DNA of 64,000 nt from Psammoneis japonica (lineage: Eukaryota). How positions within the stretch are numbered: position 1 is the stretch's first letter; each line of letters opens with the position of its first letter. The notes below the pieces were generated by a model. The model saw nothing but the letters and a program-made list of their open reading frames with translations, was not told the origin of the DNA and did no database searches. The position numbers and the translations under genes are program-made. The stretch covers positions 1 to 64,000 of the forward strand of contig QPGO01000129.1 in NCBI GenBank assembly GCA_008632985.1. The letters are read 5' to 3'. Positions 1-12,680 of this stretch are shown here, piece after piece.

Positions 1-503
1 AAAGCCAACAAAAAGTTGAGCCTGCTTTTGTGGTTGAAGGTGAAGAAATTGTGAGTGAGGTTGGGTTCAAGAGTTTGTTGGCAATGCCAAGTGGGCAGCC
101 AAAGAGAGGCACCAAAAATGACTGTGTGAAGTGTCTCTCACTCATTTCTCAAGAGGAGCTTGTGCTCATGATGCGGGGTCTGAAGCAAGCACCAGTCAAG
201 AGGACAAACAATTCTTTCCCTCTCTGTTCCACCCAAAACACAGCCTTTGAGTCAATGTGGTGCTCCTTCAACAATTGATGCACACACTGGGAGGAGCAGC
301 TGTGGAGCCAGGGCAGCAGGCCTGGCAGGGCTTGGCTCACAACCAAGCTGGGCTTCTCAGCTTGGCAGCACACACTCAGAGTCACATTGTTGCCCTCCTG
401 CAGCTGCAATGTGCCCCACTCTTTGCACCTGCAGCAACCACCCTGGACCAAAAGAAGCCAGTGCAACTCTGGCCCTGGTTGCATGGTCAAATTGTGTGTG
501 TGT
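1..503. other. TpA/CpG-erased degenerate repeat domain D1
   Basis: Hand scan finds 0 TA and 1 CG in 503 bp; strongly TG/CA-rich; no recognisable protein. Confidence 0.85.
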
Positions 504-934
504 NNNNNNNNNNNNNNNNNNNNNNNNNNNNNNNNNNNNNNNNNNNNNNNNNNNNNNNNNNNNNNNNNNNNNNNNNNNNNNNNNNNNNNNNNNNNNNNNN
601 NNNNNNNNNNNNNNNNNNNNNNNNNNNNNNNNNNNNNNNNNNNNNNNNNNNNNNNNNNNNNNNNNNNNNNNNNNNNNNNNNNNNNNNNNNNNNNNNNNNN
701 NNNNNNNNNNNNNNNNNNNNNNNNNNNNNNNNNNNNNNNNNNNNNNNNNNNNNNNNNNNNNNNNNNNNNNNNNNNNNNNNNNNNNNNNNNNNNNNNNNNN
801 NNNNNNNNNNNNNNNNNNNNNNNNNNNNNNNNNNNNNNNNNNNNNNNNNNNNNNNNNNNNNNNNNNNNNNNNNNNNNNNNNNNNNNNNNNNNNNNNNNNN
901 NNNNNNNNNNNNNNNNNNNNNNNNNNNNNNNNNN
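504..934. other. Assembly gap (N run)
   Basis: Run of N; it hides the 5' end of CPSF2. Confidence 0.99.
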
Positions 935-3848
935 NTGTATGCAACCTTTCCGACCGTTAAGATGGGACAAATGGCTCTGTATGATGCTCACGCTTGTACC
1001 AGTTTAGACGGTGGAGCACCCCCATACACGCTTGACGAGATAGATGTAGCGTGCTCGTCGCTGCGGACTATCAAGTATTCTCAGTCCGTTATTGTCAATA
1101 ACCCAGAAACAAATCAACCGGCACTGTCAATTACACCTCATAAGGCTGGACATGTTGTGGGTGGCGCCTTTTATGTACTAAAACGACTCTTGGATGAAAC
1201 TGTTGTGGTAGTAACGAGTACCTATCACATTGCGAAGGAATTGCATTTGGGCTCTGCAACACTACTCAAGCATGGTTCTACACCTGATGTGCTGATAACG
1301 AGACCGGGTGGACCCGCTATGCCCGCTTTGGCACAATTATACAGCGGTCCCAAGCCAACACTACCGCCGCCCCTTGTGACTCAATCGCATAAGGCTATTG
1401 TGGAAACCGTTCTCCAGGTTCTTCGGCGAGACGGAAATGTGCTTTTGCCAGTCGATGCCAGTGGTAGAGTCGTGGAGTTAATTCTTCTGCTTAGTCAGCA
1501 TTGGGAGAAGCATCGATTGAGCGCCACGTATAACTTGGTTTGGTTGGGTCCCATGGTTTCAAACGTGTTGGATTACGCTCGTGCTCAATTGGAATGGATG
1601 GCGGCACCGTTGGGTCAAATGTTTGATTCCCAGAGAGGACACCCGTTTGCATTTCGAAACGTTCACTTTTGTGTCTCTACAGCGGAATTTGAAGCACTTC
1701 TTCAGGAAGAGCAAAATCCAACTGTGGTATTAGCATCCGGTGCTACTTTGGACTGTGGTCCCGCACGGGATGTCATGCTAAAATGGGCTGATAATCCAGA
1801 CAATGCAATTGTGCTGACAGACTCCTCACGGTGTATTTCAAGATCGCTTTCACAAGTCGTCCCTTCTGCAACTGCGACCGAGGATGCTGCCACTGCTGCG
1901 CCTGCAACAGTAACGACGGCCGCAGCTGCAGAAGCTACCGCAACCACGTCCGAGACCGAAGCTCAGCAACAACAAGAAGACACTGAGGAAGGTGGCGCAT
2001 TGGTTGTTGGATCAGTTATCCCCGCCGATCAAGTGTCTAAATATTGCACGTCGGCACAGCTTTTGATCAAGTGGTGCGAGGCAAAAAAGGCAGGTCGAGA
2101 AATGGACGATGTAATTGAAGTTGATGCGCAAGTGCCACATCGAGCGCCCTTGGCCGGTGCTCCCCTCAAGGCATTTCTAGCCCGTGAAGAAGCTGCTCGC
2201 TTGGCCAAACAAAAGCAAGAAGAACAACGAGCAATGATGCTGGAGGTTGAACTTGCCAAGGGTCGCTTGAGATTGGGGGAAGACGAGGACAAGAAGACTG
2301 CAAAGCCGGTGAAGCAACAGTTTGTGGCCAAGCGTCCCAAGAAGAAGAGCCGTTTCGACTCTAGTCTGTTCCTTAAGTACTCAAAGCCGTTGCATTGTAA
2401 GTTTAAAAAAGAGAAGGGGTAAAGCCTCTTTTTGATGCGCTTGAATTGTCTCTCACCTTGGTATTGTTTTTGTTTCCTTTTGCCGCAGTAACATTTGAGG
2501 TGGTAGAAGAGGCTGTGGGGATCGGACAGTCCGACTCAACTGCAAAATATGGCATTGGGGAATCCGTGGGTCGTTCCGGCGAAGTGTTGGAGGATGATTA
2601 TGGCATTGCTGTCATTCCAGAGCGATCGTCGACATTGTCACTGGCGTTGATCCTTCTCGGTTTGTAGGAGGAAGTGGCCGCATTGGAGAAGAGGTAATGA
2701 GAAGAGGCTTTGGCTTTGGGGTAGATGGTCGAGCTATGGGACAAGCTCCCAAGGCAAAGGGCGATGCAAACGCTCCTCTGGACAGGGAACGGTAAGACAC
2801 TGGTATTGAACAATAGGGCTTACTCTTGCTTTCTTCGCAGTTCGCTCATTTCTTGTTCTCACCATAATAGGACGGCGACGAAGGGATTGGAGATGAAATG
2901 AACGAGCAGGCACTGGAGGCGGCAGATTTGTCAGAGGGTACCGGCATTATAAGAGGACGCAACGGTCCTCCAATCAAGGTGTCCACGATGCCAAGGCGTC
3001 TGGAAGTGCTGGCCGAGGTCGCCTACGTTCCTTTAGAAGGCCGTGTGGATGCCCGGTCCGCTAGGCAGTCAATCCGCGCTCTTCAGCCAGGGCAAGTTGT
3101 AATCTTGGGAGGAACTGATTCCGAGGGCGATTCAGAGTCTTCCACTGAGGTAGCACTCTTGGCCGACGCGGTGCGTTCTTTTGTGACCGGGGAAGATCAG
3201 GGCAAGGGCAAGGAGAATGCAGTCGTTACACCGTCTGACGGGGAGACGGTAGAGTTAAATGTTGGTCATGCTGCGTATGCGGTGAGGCTTATTGACACTC
3301 CTTTCCTTACCAAGGAAGAAAAGGAAGCCGCAGCGGCGGCAGCAGAAGCTGGTGATGATTCAGCCCTGATACCAGAACCGGTTGAACCTTTCGAAGCTCA
3401 GTTGGGAGAATACACAGTGAGTCTATTAGACTCCGTAGCAACCGGACAGAAGGTGGCGCTAGATGGATCTATCGTCCTGGCTCCCCGGTCCGAATCATCT
3501 CGTGATAAGAAACGACCCGGAAGTCTCTACTTGAGTGCCGGAGACGTTTTGCTGACGGATCTTCGTGCCGAGGTTATTGCCCAAGGAATGAAGGCAGAAT
3601 ATAGGTTTGTAGCTCGATCCTTTCTATGTCGCTTGCTTGATGTTTTCTCGTGTGCTCAGACTACTCTTCTCTCTATTCTTGTACCTTACCTATGCAGTGC
3701 TCACTCTGGTTACTCCAAACTTGTTGTGAACGGCAAGATTATTGTAAAAAAAGATCAAGATAGCGGAAAGATTGATGTGGAGGGCCCGTTGTGCGAAGAC
3801 TTTTTTACAGTCCGCTCTGTTGTATGCGGACAATACGTCACACTCTAG
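935..3848 (+). CDS. CPSF2: Cleavage and polyadenylation specificity factor subunit 2 (CPSF100), 5'-truncated by the gap
   Basis: MBL/beta-CASP motifs YATFPTVKMGQMALYD, AGHVVGG, GNVLLPVDASGRVVEL, EDDYG, EGRVDARS and C-terminal VEGPLCEDFFTVR. Introns ~2397-2488, ~2792-2870, 3605-3697. At least one 1-nt frameshift near 2626. Confidence 0.93.
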
Positions 3849-4116
3849 AGAGAGATCACCTACTTGGTAGAGATCTTTATGATTACTTGTAGGTATCATG
3901 CGCTCCACTATGGTTGTCAGATACTAGCCTTGAGCCTCAAAGATTGAAAGGTATGGCATACTCAAAAGTCGTTTCGGGAAGGAATCCTTAATAGAATAGT
4001 CTCTAGCTCCTTTATGCCAAGAGCAAAAGCTTAGAACTATCTCATCTAACTCCATCGGGTGTGTACGAAAATCTGTGCGTAAAACATACATAATCTGCTT
4101 CCGCTCGTCAGCAGGG

Positions 4117-5604
4117 TTACGCAGTCTTTGTTTTGCTGCCCATGCCATACAAACGGTGATCTCCCCACAGACGCGGGATAAAACGGAACAAAAAGAGTTC
4201 TCCAATGACCTCCAGAATGCTAATGAACGAAATACCAGCCCACAAGCCAAATTGGCCACCAATGGCTGCAAACAGCCCTGCCAGAGTCTGCACCTTGGTT
4301 TCTTCCGACACCTCCTCACAAATCGTATCGTAATTGATACGAAGGTGGACAACATTCTGCTGAAATTCTGCCAGCGAAACATTCAACCGCTCCGACAGCT
4401 GCAGAACAAACGGTGCCGATAACTTCAAAGTGTTGGACCGCGTTGTGTAGACTGTTTCGTGACATGGCGGTGGAAAGCAGTCGCAGCTTTCAAGAAATGC
4501 AGGAGCGTCTTGTTTTTCAAGCGTGGTGCACTCTTCATCTGCAGTGTTACAGTACGGCAGCGATTCGACTTGTTTCCGGTTGTCACCCAAGCCTCGGCAG
4601 CCACACTGTTGTTCTAAATACTGGAATTTACAAAGAGCACGGCATCGAGGCTGTGTGTACTCTGGAGCCTCGGATTTGCAAGTGGACCACGGGTGGTCTC
4701 GTTCTCGAAAGAACTCAGTTGATTTAATGGAGATCCAACTCAGTTCACCAGGCTTGGCAACAGCAAAAGGCATTTGGTCGGCAATCTGGATGCCAGGCTG
4801 TGTGATGAAAACGTAAACACCGAGCTCTTCTGTGATTGTCAAAAAATCTGAATTATCTAGGTAGCCACTAAACACCAGTCTGAAATCGTGTGGGTGAGTG
4901 ATAATGATCACCACAGAATAAACGGTAGCTCTCGTTATTCAAAATCTTGACATGACTTACCCACCAGCTGGGCCAGGGCTGTAAACTCTTTTAACAGTAG
5001 AGAAGGTCCAGCAGAGGCCTAAATGCGTTATTACAGGTTTCCATACATCAGTGTTGTTTCTCACAATTCCGTTGAATTTGGTGATTGTATTGCGAAAGAA
5101 AGCTTCAAAAGGCTGCGAGATGAGTTTAAGCTCTTTATCGTTTCGAGGAAACTGAATACCAGTAGATTCCATCCTTGACTGTTGGAATAAATTTGAGCTG
5201 CAAACAGTCACATGAGGAAACGGCAAACTATCTGGAGCTCTCCAATACACGGTGGTTTCGGTCTCATAGTTTTGGTACTCCTTGATTAGTTCGTAAACGA
5301 GAAAACACATGACACCAAAGAAGGCCAACAAAATGATCCACCAAAGCAGGCGCTTCCACCGAAGAAAATGCTGTCGATCTAACGCATAGGGGATACCATG
5401 AACGGATGTTCCTTCAGACCATGTTGAAACAACGTCAAGAGTCGTGGCGTTATTATTCGGATCCCTCTGGTAGTCGTCTTGTTTTCCTCCGTGCAAACTG
5501 CCCCCGGTATTATCTTTCGCCCCACTTGTTGTTGTTGCAGACTCCACAGGCGGCGGATCTTGCGTCTCAATCACAACGCCGGCTTCATTTCCATCCTCCG
5601 TCAT
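4117..5604 (-). CDS. DEG/ENaC (amiloride-sensitive sodium channel family) subunit
   Basis: N-terminal TSVHG motif, TM1, FPHVTVC, GLCWTF, Cys-rich thumb (CGC, CFPPPCHE), TM2 IGGQFGLWAGISFISILE; GT-AG intron 4880-4960 joins the two ORFs in frame. Confidence 0.92.
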
Positions 5605-5969
5605 GTTGTTTTAGTACTATACAGTGCGTTTCTTCTCTTGCTCTTTATTACGAACGCAGCGTCTTGAAACTTGAAACCATTGCCAGACTGCCAGATCAAG
5701 ATTGCGATGCGCTGTGTTCGCATTTTTTGTGGACTCGGGAATGAGAAGTGAGAAGTGATCGATTCGGGACTCGCTTGAGCGAACCGACGACGTACGGGCA
5801 TTAGCGATAGAGCGGACGCACGACAACAGACGATTTATCTCTGCGTGCACTCACGCAACCGCGCGCGCGGCCAGCCATCGATCTGTCGATCTTGCAGTCG
5901 CATCTTCATCACTCTTTTCTCAATAATTTTGATGAGGCGTTGAGCTGAAGGAAGAAGACTGTTGTCATA

Positions 5970-6830
5970 ATGAGAACTATCCGCTTGCTCTCTGTATCAT
6001 GCGCTCTAATTCTGCAGTGGGTGCATGTAGATGCGTTTGTTGTCAACCCCGGTTATGCCAAGCTCTTGAAGAAGCCTGCTCAAGCAACACCGACAATAGT
6101 AGACGCCTCTCTGAGAAGAAAAGTACTGGAACCGTCGATAACAACTACCGCTGAACGCAGTTCTGATTTTCAAGGTGGAGTTCTGGCGTCTGTTGCGCTT
6201 TTCAATTCAAGCCGCGTAGTTCGTTTGGCAGCAGTCGCATGGGTCCTTGGTGAATTTTTCAGCTGGATTGGCTTCTTTGAAGAAAATGCAACCGTCGCTG
6301 TTCTTGGTGGCAATCTGAAAGAAAAGATGGAAGACTTGCGTTGGGGTGCAGAAGAGTGGTGGGCTACGGCAAGGTGTGAAGGCGGGCTGTTAAATTCAAC
6401 CACATGGAGAGACAGCGGCATACAAGAAACAGTATCGTCCAAGCTATACAATTTATCCTTGAAACATCGATTTGCAGTTGGAGCCGGAGTTGGGTTGTTT
6501 TGTTCACAAGCAGCTTTGGGGGTCGCCAAGCGAGTGCTGAAGCTTGTTATTCTGCTTTATACAGTTTCCGAAGTTACGAATTTGATTGCTGAAGATCAGC
6601 CACAGCATAGCTATCGGAATACCACCGTATGGACCAAGGCGACAGAAACCGTAAATAATTCGCTTACAGGGCTTCGGTTGGCTGTAAGAAATGCCATTAT
6701 GAGCCCGAAAGGAGTGCTCGTCAAGGTCCAATCGTGGTTTCAAGAAACAAACGATGGACAGCCGCCAGTGCTCCCTCGTGACACTTTACGAGGTTTCGTT
6801 GTTGGGACAGTGACGAGTTTTTTATTCTAG
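5970..6830 (+). CDS. Hypothetical membrane protein with signal/plastid-type leader
   Basis: 286-aa ORF; signal peptide ending VDA-F; hydrophobic segments; normal dinucleotide composition. Confidence 0.7.
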   Translation: MRTIRLLSVSCALILQWVHVDAFVVNPGYAKLLKKPAQATPTIVDASLRRKVLEPSITTTAERSSDFQGGVLASVALFNSSRVVRLAAVAWVLGEFFSWIGFFEENATVAVLGGNLKEKMEDLRWGAEEWWATARCEGGLLNSTTWRDSGIQETVSSKLYNLSLKHRFAVGAGVGLFCSQAALGVAKRVLKLVILLYTVSEVTNLIAEDQPQHSYRNTTVWTKATETVNNSLTGLRLAVRNAIMSPKGVLVKVQSWFQETNDGQPPVLPRDTLRGFVVGTVTSFLF

Positions 6831-6874
6831 CGGGGCACAAGTACAAATTGGGATTGCGTTTAATGTTCATATAA

Positions 6875-8930
6875 TTAAGCGAGACTGGGACGCAGCAACA
6901 GCACCTCACCACCATCCACGGATGCTGCTACCTTGTCGCCATGTACTGCAATGCTACCGACATCTCCGCAGTCAGTTGGAACCTTGCCTCGGCTGTATAC
7001 GGGGTGTCGCATGGTGGCGTTGTTACTTGTTGTGGCGTTGGGATTGTGCCGAAACATGGAGAGTGAGTTACTTCCTTGACCTCCGCTAAGGACAAAGCAT
7101 GTTGTCGTCTCTCCAAGAGGAGTGAAGAAAGTGGGATGATGAATCTTTTTTTGTTTGCCAGTGTTGATTGGGACGTGGCCGTAGTAGGTAGAGAGAGGAA
7201 CAGCCAAATTGCGAATGTCCCATACTTTCATCTCGTTATCCAGACCAGCTGCGTATTGACAAAGAGAGGAAACGTATCATCTCATGTTAGTCCAGACACG
7301 CTGCGTCAGTCAATGGATCATGCACAAAAATCGTACCTGTAAGCAGAACGTGCTTGTTCTGCCGATCCCAAACGACAGAGTGCGGTTTGGAATGAGCATC
7401 TTCCAAAACAGCAACAGGGCGACTCGAGTCACCATTGCATTTGTAGTCATGAATAGCCACGAGTCCATCGTCAGAAGCCGATGCAAGGGTCGAAGTCGTG
7501 CTACTTTGGAATTGAACAGCAGATACCTTGGCAGAGTGAAAACCAGACCTCCACACAACGCCGCCGTTTTGAATGGATTCTAAAGACGACACGGCAACTG
7601 ACTTATCTTTGGAACCCGTACCAATCATGATATCATGGGCATTTTGAATATTTACATCCATGGCAAAGATACCGCTGCTATGAAGCTCCTTGCCGGTTCG
7701 ACACTCCAATTTCGGCATTCCAGTGGATACGGATACGGTAGAAAGATCCCAGAGACAAACATATCCGTCATTTGCTGCTGTCAACAAACGAGACGGCATC
7801 CTTAATGATGCATTGGAATTCATCGTGTTGGTTGGTAGAAAATGAGTGCTTGAAATCCATCGACCGCTATGTGCCTTCCAAGAGAGGATCGGGTCGACAA
7901 GTCTTTCCATACGCTCCGTTGGACTGTTTTCATCATCTTCGCTAGCTTGTGGTGCTTTGTGACAGTCCCATAGTGCAACAATTCCGGCTTTACCTCCACC
8001 TACCAACCACGAAGCCTGTTTGGATTTATCATTGTCAGAATCGACAAAGGGGTAAAACTGCATGGAATAAATCGCTCCGAGACCTTGCGGTGGACAAAGG
8101 CGATTTCTCATTAGAGATAAGGAAGTGACGCTCTTTTCCTCCGTAATATTGGAGGAACTTTCTTGCTGTTTCATGTTCTCGATATCATCATAAGTTCTCT
8201 TGTCGTCCAATTCATATTGAACCATAGGTGATACCTCATACTCTTCCTCGACTTGTTCTACGACTTCATCCTCAACAGCATCATCGTTGTTGCTACTTGT
8301 ATTGGCAGTCGACAAGCTTGACTCTTGCTTCAATCCACGAATTCTTCGGCTCGAACGACGCGGAGGTAGCGTCCGTTGCTTGTTTGTCTTGACCCGTGAA
8401 CGCCATGGCTTCTTTGTTTTGGGCGCAAATGTTTCCGTGTTTTGCAGCAATCCCAATTCAGCAAGACGCGCATTGTTTCGTTTAATATTTCTCAGACGAA
8501 GCAGCTCATACTCTGACAAGCCGTCTGGATTGTTTACGTTGCTTTCCCCTTGCACAATACTCTCACTGTCGCTGTCACTAGAGCTATCGCTGGCTTCTTC
8601 CTGACAAGTAGAAGAGGTTTCGTCAGGTACTTTTTCAGCGATAACATCGTTGTGTCCCTGCAATTCCTTAGGTGACGCAGAGACCTCAACAACGGTGCCG
8701 AGTTCATTTGTTTTTGACTTGGAGGCACCCTTTTCTGTCACTATGGTCGACTCATTGTTGCCATGCTCTGGAGAGACGGCACGAGTTGCGCTACTCGGTT
8801 GTTCTTCTGGCACCGTTACTTGCACATCAGCGTTCTTGGGTTTCTTGTTGCTCTTCCAAAAGTACTGCAACGAATGCTGTACAGGCACGCCTTTCTTATT
8901 GGATTTCTGAGTCGATCGCTTTAGTCCCAT
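6875..8930 (-). CDS. WD40-repeat protein, WDR76/Cmr1-like
   Basis: LSEYELLRLRNIKRNNARLAELGL motif typical of WDR76/Cmr1 plus several WD repeats; intron 7249-7336 gives LLTAGLDNEMKVWD; ATG at 8930 (MGLKRS) is the likely start. Confidence 0.82.
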
Positions 8931-9031
8931 TGTCCAGGAGTGAGATAGGAAGTACTGTGTTGTGTGCTCGATGCTTGAAGGCCAACAGCGGCACAACTGC
9001 GAATGCAATTGGCTGGCGCAATGCGATATAA

Positions 9032-9280
9032 CGCGCTCGATTTTTTTGGAAACTCGCATCGGCCATGGTGGTCGCGGATCGCTCCATTTGGGTCGTGCGA
9101 GTTTTTGTGAAATTGATTGGAGATGCGACAACCTTAGAGTCGGCCACTGTGTTGGTCTGTGAACTATGAAGAGAGTGTCTCTCGGCTCTGAGGCTTTGGT
9201 GTGCACAGAGAGAGTTGTGTGGAGCATCGCTGTTCGCTGTGCACAGCTGAAGCACTTTTCTCAGAGAAGGTCAGCAAAAT
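9032..9280 (+). repeat. Paralogous copy of the JmjC-locus upstream/5' module
   Basis: Matches 18923-19310, e.g. GGTCGCGGATCG...ATTTGGGTCGTGCGAG, TTTTGTGAAATTGATTGGAGAT and CTCAGAGAAGGTCAG vs CTCAGTGAAGGTTAG. Confidence 0.75.
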
Positions 9281-11479
9281 TCCAACATGGGAAGAGAAGC
9301 TCAGCAAGGTTTTGGGACTTCTCGGGTGAGCAAGTGTGCCCCACACAAACACTGCCAGAGCTTTGATCTCATGGGCTGGGGGTGGTGCAGAGGCAGTGAA
9401 AACATGTGCCTTCTCCCCCTCCGCAACTCTGACCATGGCAAAAATCAAAGCAACTTGTTCCCCCACTGAGTGATGATGTGTCCGCGCCATTGTGCCTTTG
9501 CTCCTGCAGGTTGCTGAAAGTGGCAATGAGCAGGACAAGGCAGGAAAAGAAAACTGCAGTGAGCAGAGGGTCACGGTGCAATGGGTTTTTTGCAAATGTG
9601 CTGTGTTTGCTGGGCTTTCTGATGTGGCAAAATTTAATGACAAGAACATTGTGATGAAATGACCATGCCAACTTGGTCAAGACTTGCAACAGCTGCACAT
9701 TGTTGTCATGTGATGGGCAATGTTTGTGGCTCTCCCAAGGTCAATGATCTTTGCCCCGCTCGGTTGTCTCTGCACTGTGCAGAGCTTCGAAGCTCAACAT
9801 TGATTGTGAAGCACACCGGCATTGCTCAGAGCCTCAACACAATGCACAGCTGACTTTTTGGTGGCTTCCAACAAGTTCTCCAATCCAATGTCATCAAAGT
9901 CATCAAGTTCCTTCTCTGTGCAGCTGAGCCCAACACCCAGAAGGGTGCTGTGTGCCAAAGAAACTGAGGAATGAACAGCTGCACAGTCTGGTTCTTGGAC
10001 AGTGCTCCACACACTTGTGCTTCATGCACCATCTCATGCACCCATGATGATTTTGTGGATCAAGGTGAAGTTTGATTAAAGCCAAGCTGCTGGGCTTGCA
10101 AGTTAAGAGTTGGATGTTGTCCGCAGAGTTGAACAATCCACAGTCCAACAGACATGTGCTTGACGCCATTTCCTCCACATCAATCATGCCACTTGCTTCC
10201 TCTCCTTCCCCACTGCCTCCGCTCAAGCCTCCATGGGTTTTTAAACCAATGTCTGCACAACTTGGAGGTGATCCATTTTTTGGTTGTTTCAAATTCCTCT
10301 TTGAAGGAGCTTTCATTGCAGAACTTGGATGAATTGTGGCACTGTGAAGCTTGCAGTCATCAAACCCCGCCATTGTTTTGATCCCTTGTAAAACAGATGG
10401 CAAAACCTGTGGTCCACTCAAAAAGGGTGAAACATCCTGGTGGGAATCCCCTGCTCCATTCTCATGCAGAAGAACCATCTCTTGCAAATGTGCAAGACAC
10501 TGCAACAGTGATTGTCATTGGCCATTTGTCCACACAGCTGGCATGCAGCATGAGGTGCATTTTTCTTTTCATTTGACCAACGACCAACCACTCAGCAGGG
10601 TCTTCTCATCTCTCATGTCTGGCGGCTGTCACCCATTTCTAGAAACCCAAATTTCCATTCAGGTTTTGTTTTGGAGGGAAACCTGTAGAGTTGGACAGCC
10701 TGGGCAGTGACCTTTCACCGAATCGCAGCACACTGACCTCAGGCAAAACACACTCGCTGCGAATTCCCACGCCCCAAACAAATGGATTCTGAACTTCAGC
10801 AATCATGTCTGGGTGAGAAAAAGTGTGCTGCAAAGTCTTGAGAAATCCAGCACTGGCAGAAAGGTCCAATTGTGCCCTCCCAAACATTTCCAGCAATCAT
10901 TCAAGATCATCCACAAAATCTTCTTCACATTTTGCTGCCTTCAACCCCACTTGCCTCAGAGCATGATGGAAATCAACATCCAAAACTTGATGGTTTTCTG
11001 GCTTCTTTCCTTCTGTTGCTGACAATTTGTCAAAGTCTTCCCACACTTCCAACCCCAATGGCATGCATGAATGTGCAGCCCATGCAGTTGACCCTTTGCC
11101 CCCTGTCCAGAGACTTCCATGTTTCCATGATGGAAGAGAGGCAGCGGCAGGTCAACATGCTCCCATGCCGATTTGTTTGCTGGCATGATTGTGGATGGCA
11201 CTGGTGACTGGTGCAGCAGGCTTTTGCACTGCAAGCAATGCCACAAGAACAGACACTGGCCTCCCCACTCACAGTGCACTGCATTTAATGAAGGACATTT
11301 CGGCCATTGTCATGTTGCATTGTTTGCAGGGTGGCTTCAGTGCAAAACATTTTCCAGAATTGAGCCATGAGTGTCAAAACATTGGCTTTTTTTCTTTTTG
11401 CAAAAACACATCAAAAAAAACAAGGGGATTTGCACAGGACATCAATCTGTCTCAATCAAGCCATGACTGACATCTTCCT

Positions 11480-12670
11480 CAGTCACGGATCCCATGATTT
11501 GGGTCATGCGCAAAGAACTGCTGCAATTTTTCTCAGGCACTCATGTGACAAAGCAAGCAAGGGCAGGACAACAGGGCAACACAAAGCATCCAACACAGAG
11601 AAGATGTGTGGCAGAGTTGTTCTTGTCATCACTGCTGCTGCCGTCATTGATGTGTTGAACATCCTTTCAGTGCAGGAGGCAGAAGTGGTCTGCCAGTTGA
11701 GTTGTGAGCTTGGGAGAGCATGTCATTGGTGTGGCAGTGTGGAATGGTTGAGCGTCATTGCAGGCAATTGCTGCACTTCTCTCAGTGAAGGTCAGCGAAA
11801 TCATGTCTCTGGTTGAAGCCTCTCTTTGCTGAAAGACAAGCAAAGGTGCAAGGAGTCACCACATCATTCCCATGGCGCTTTTCACAGATTCCCAGTCTGA
11901 GCATGATGGCCCTCTGCAGTGCAACTTTTGCATTTGAGCTTGGACTCCTTTTCATCTGAGCATGGCAGTGATGTGAAGAAGGAGGAAATTGAAAGCTGCA
12001 AAGTTCTTGTGGGTTGTGCTGGAATCACTCTTTGCAGGATCTGGCACAGCATGATGGCAGCAGTGCTGGCTTTGTGGCCCACAACTTTGTTCCAAAAAGG
12101 GAGCTGCGACAACTGATGAAGCTGGCTGCAGCACCAATGACAATGTCAAGATTGACAAGGACAAAATGGATTGGATGCAAACTTGCAGCATCAAAAAAGA
12201 GCATGTGCTTCACAAGGAAAGGCCAGACAGCAAACATTGTGATGCTGGTCATGACCCCATTCCTTGGCTTGGAAGAAACAAAGCACTGGCATCAAACCAG
12301 CCCAAATTGTGTTGGCTTCACCTTTTCAATGGAATCCACTCACCTGGCTGCAGCAGCAAATGTGACATTTTTTACCTCCATTTCAACCACACAAAGCTGG
12401 CGACATTGCTTTTTTTGAGCGTTGAACTCATTCACAATGATCTGGCTGACCTGCATGGAACAAAACACTGCTGCACTCTTGCAGAGCCTTTGTCATCACT
12501 GAAAAAGTTGAAAGTGATGGATGAGTTGGAGAGAGAGTCTTGCAAAACCATCTCCAAAGCTGACTTTCAAGCTTGGCACAAATTCACCTGCAAGCCTGTG
12601 GTTCTCGCAGTGTGTGACTTGACATGGCCCACTTCACAGCATTGGATGCCACAACAATTGTTCCAAGTGC
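11480..12670 (+). pseudogene. Hypermutated paralog of the 5' half of the JmjC gene at 19232-21242
   Basis: Colinear with ~18960-20220: EIESCKVLVGCAGIT vs EIEHCEVLVGCAGIT, PFLGLEETKHWHQTSPNCVGFTF vs PFLGLDEAKYWCQTNPDCVGFTF, LKVMDELERESCKTISKADF vs LKAMDKLERVSCESLSKADF. Confidence 0.93.
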
Positions 12671-12680
12671 TGCAAGTTGT

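Noticed and set aside
257..2422. 721-aa ORF spanning the N gap
   Set aside because: Artefact of reading through Ns; only the part after 935 is CPSF2
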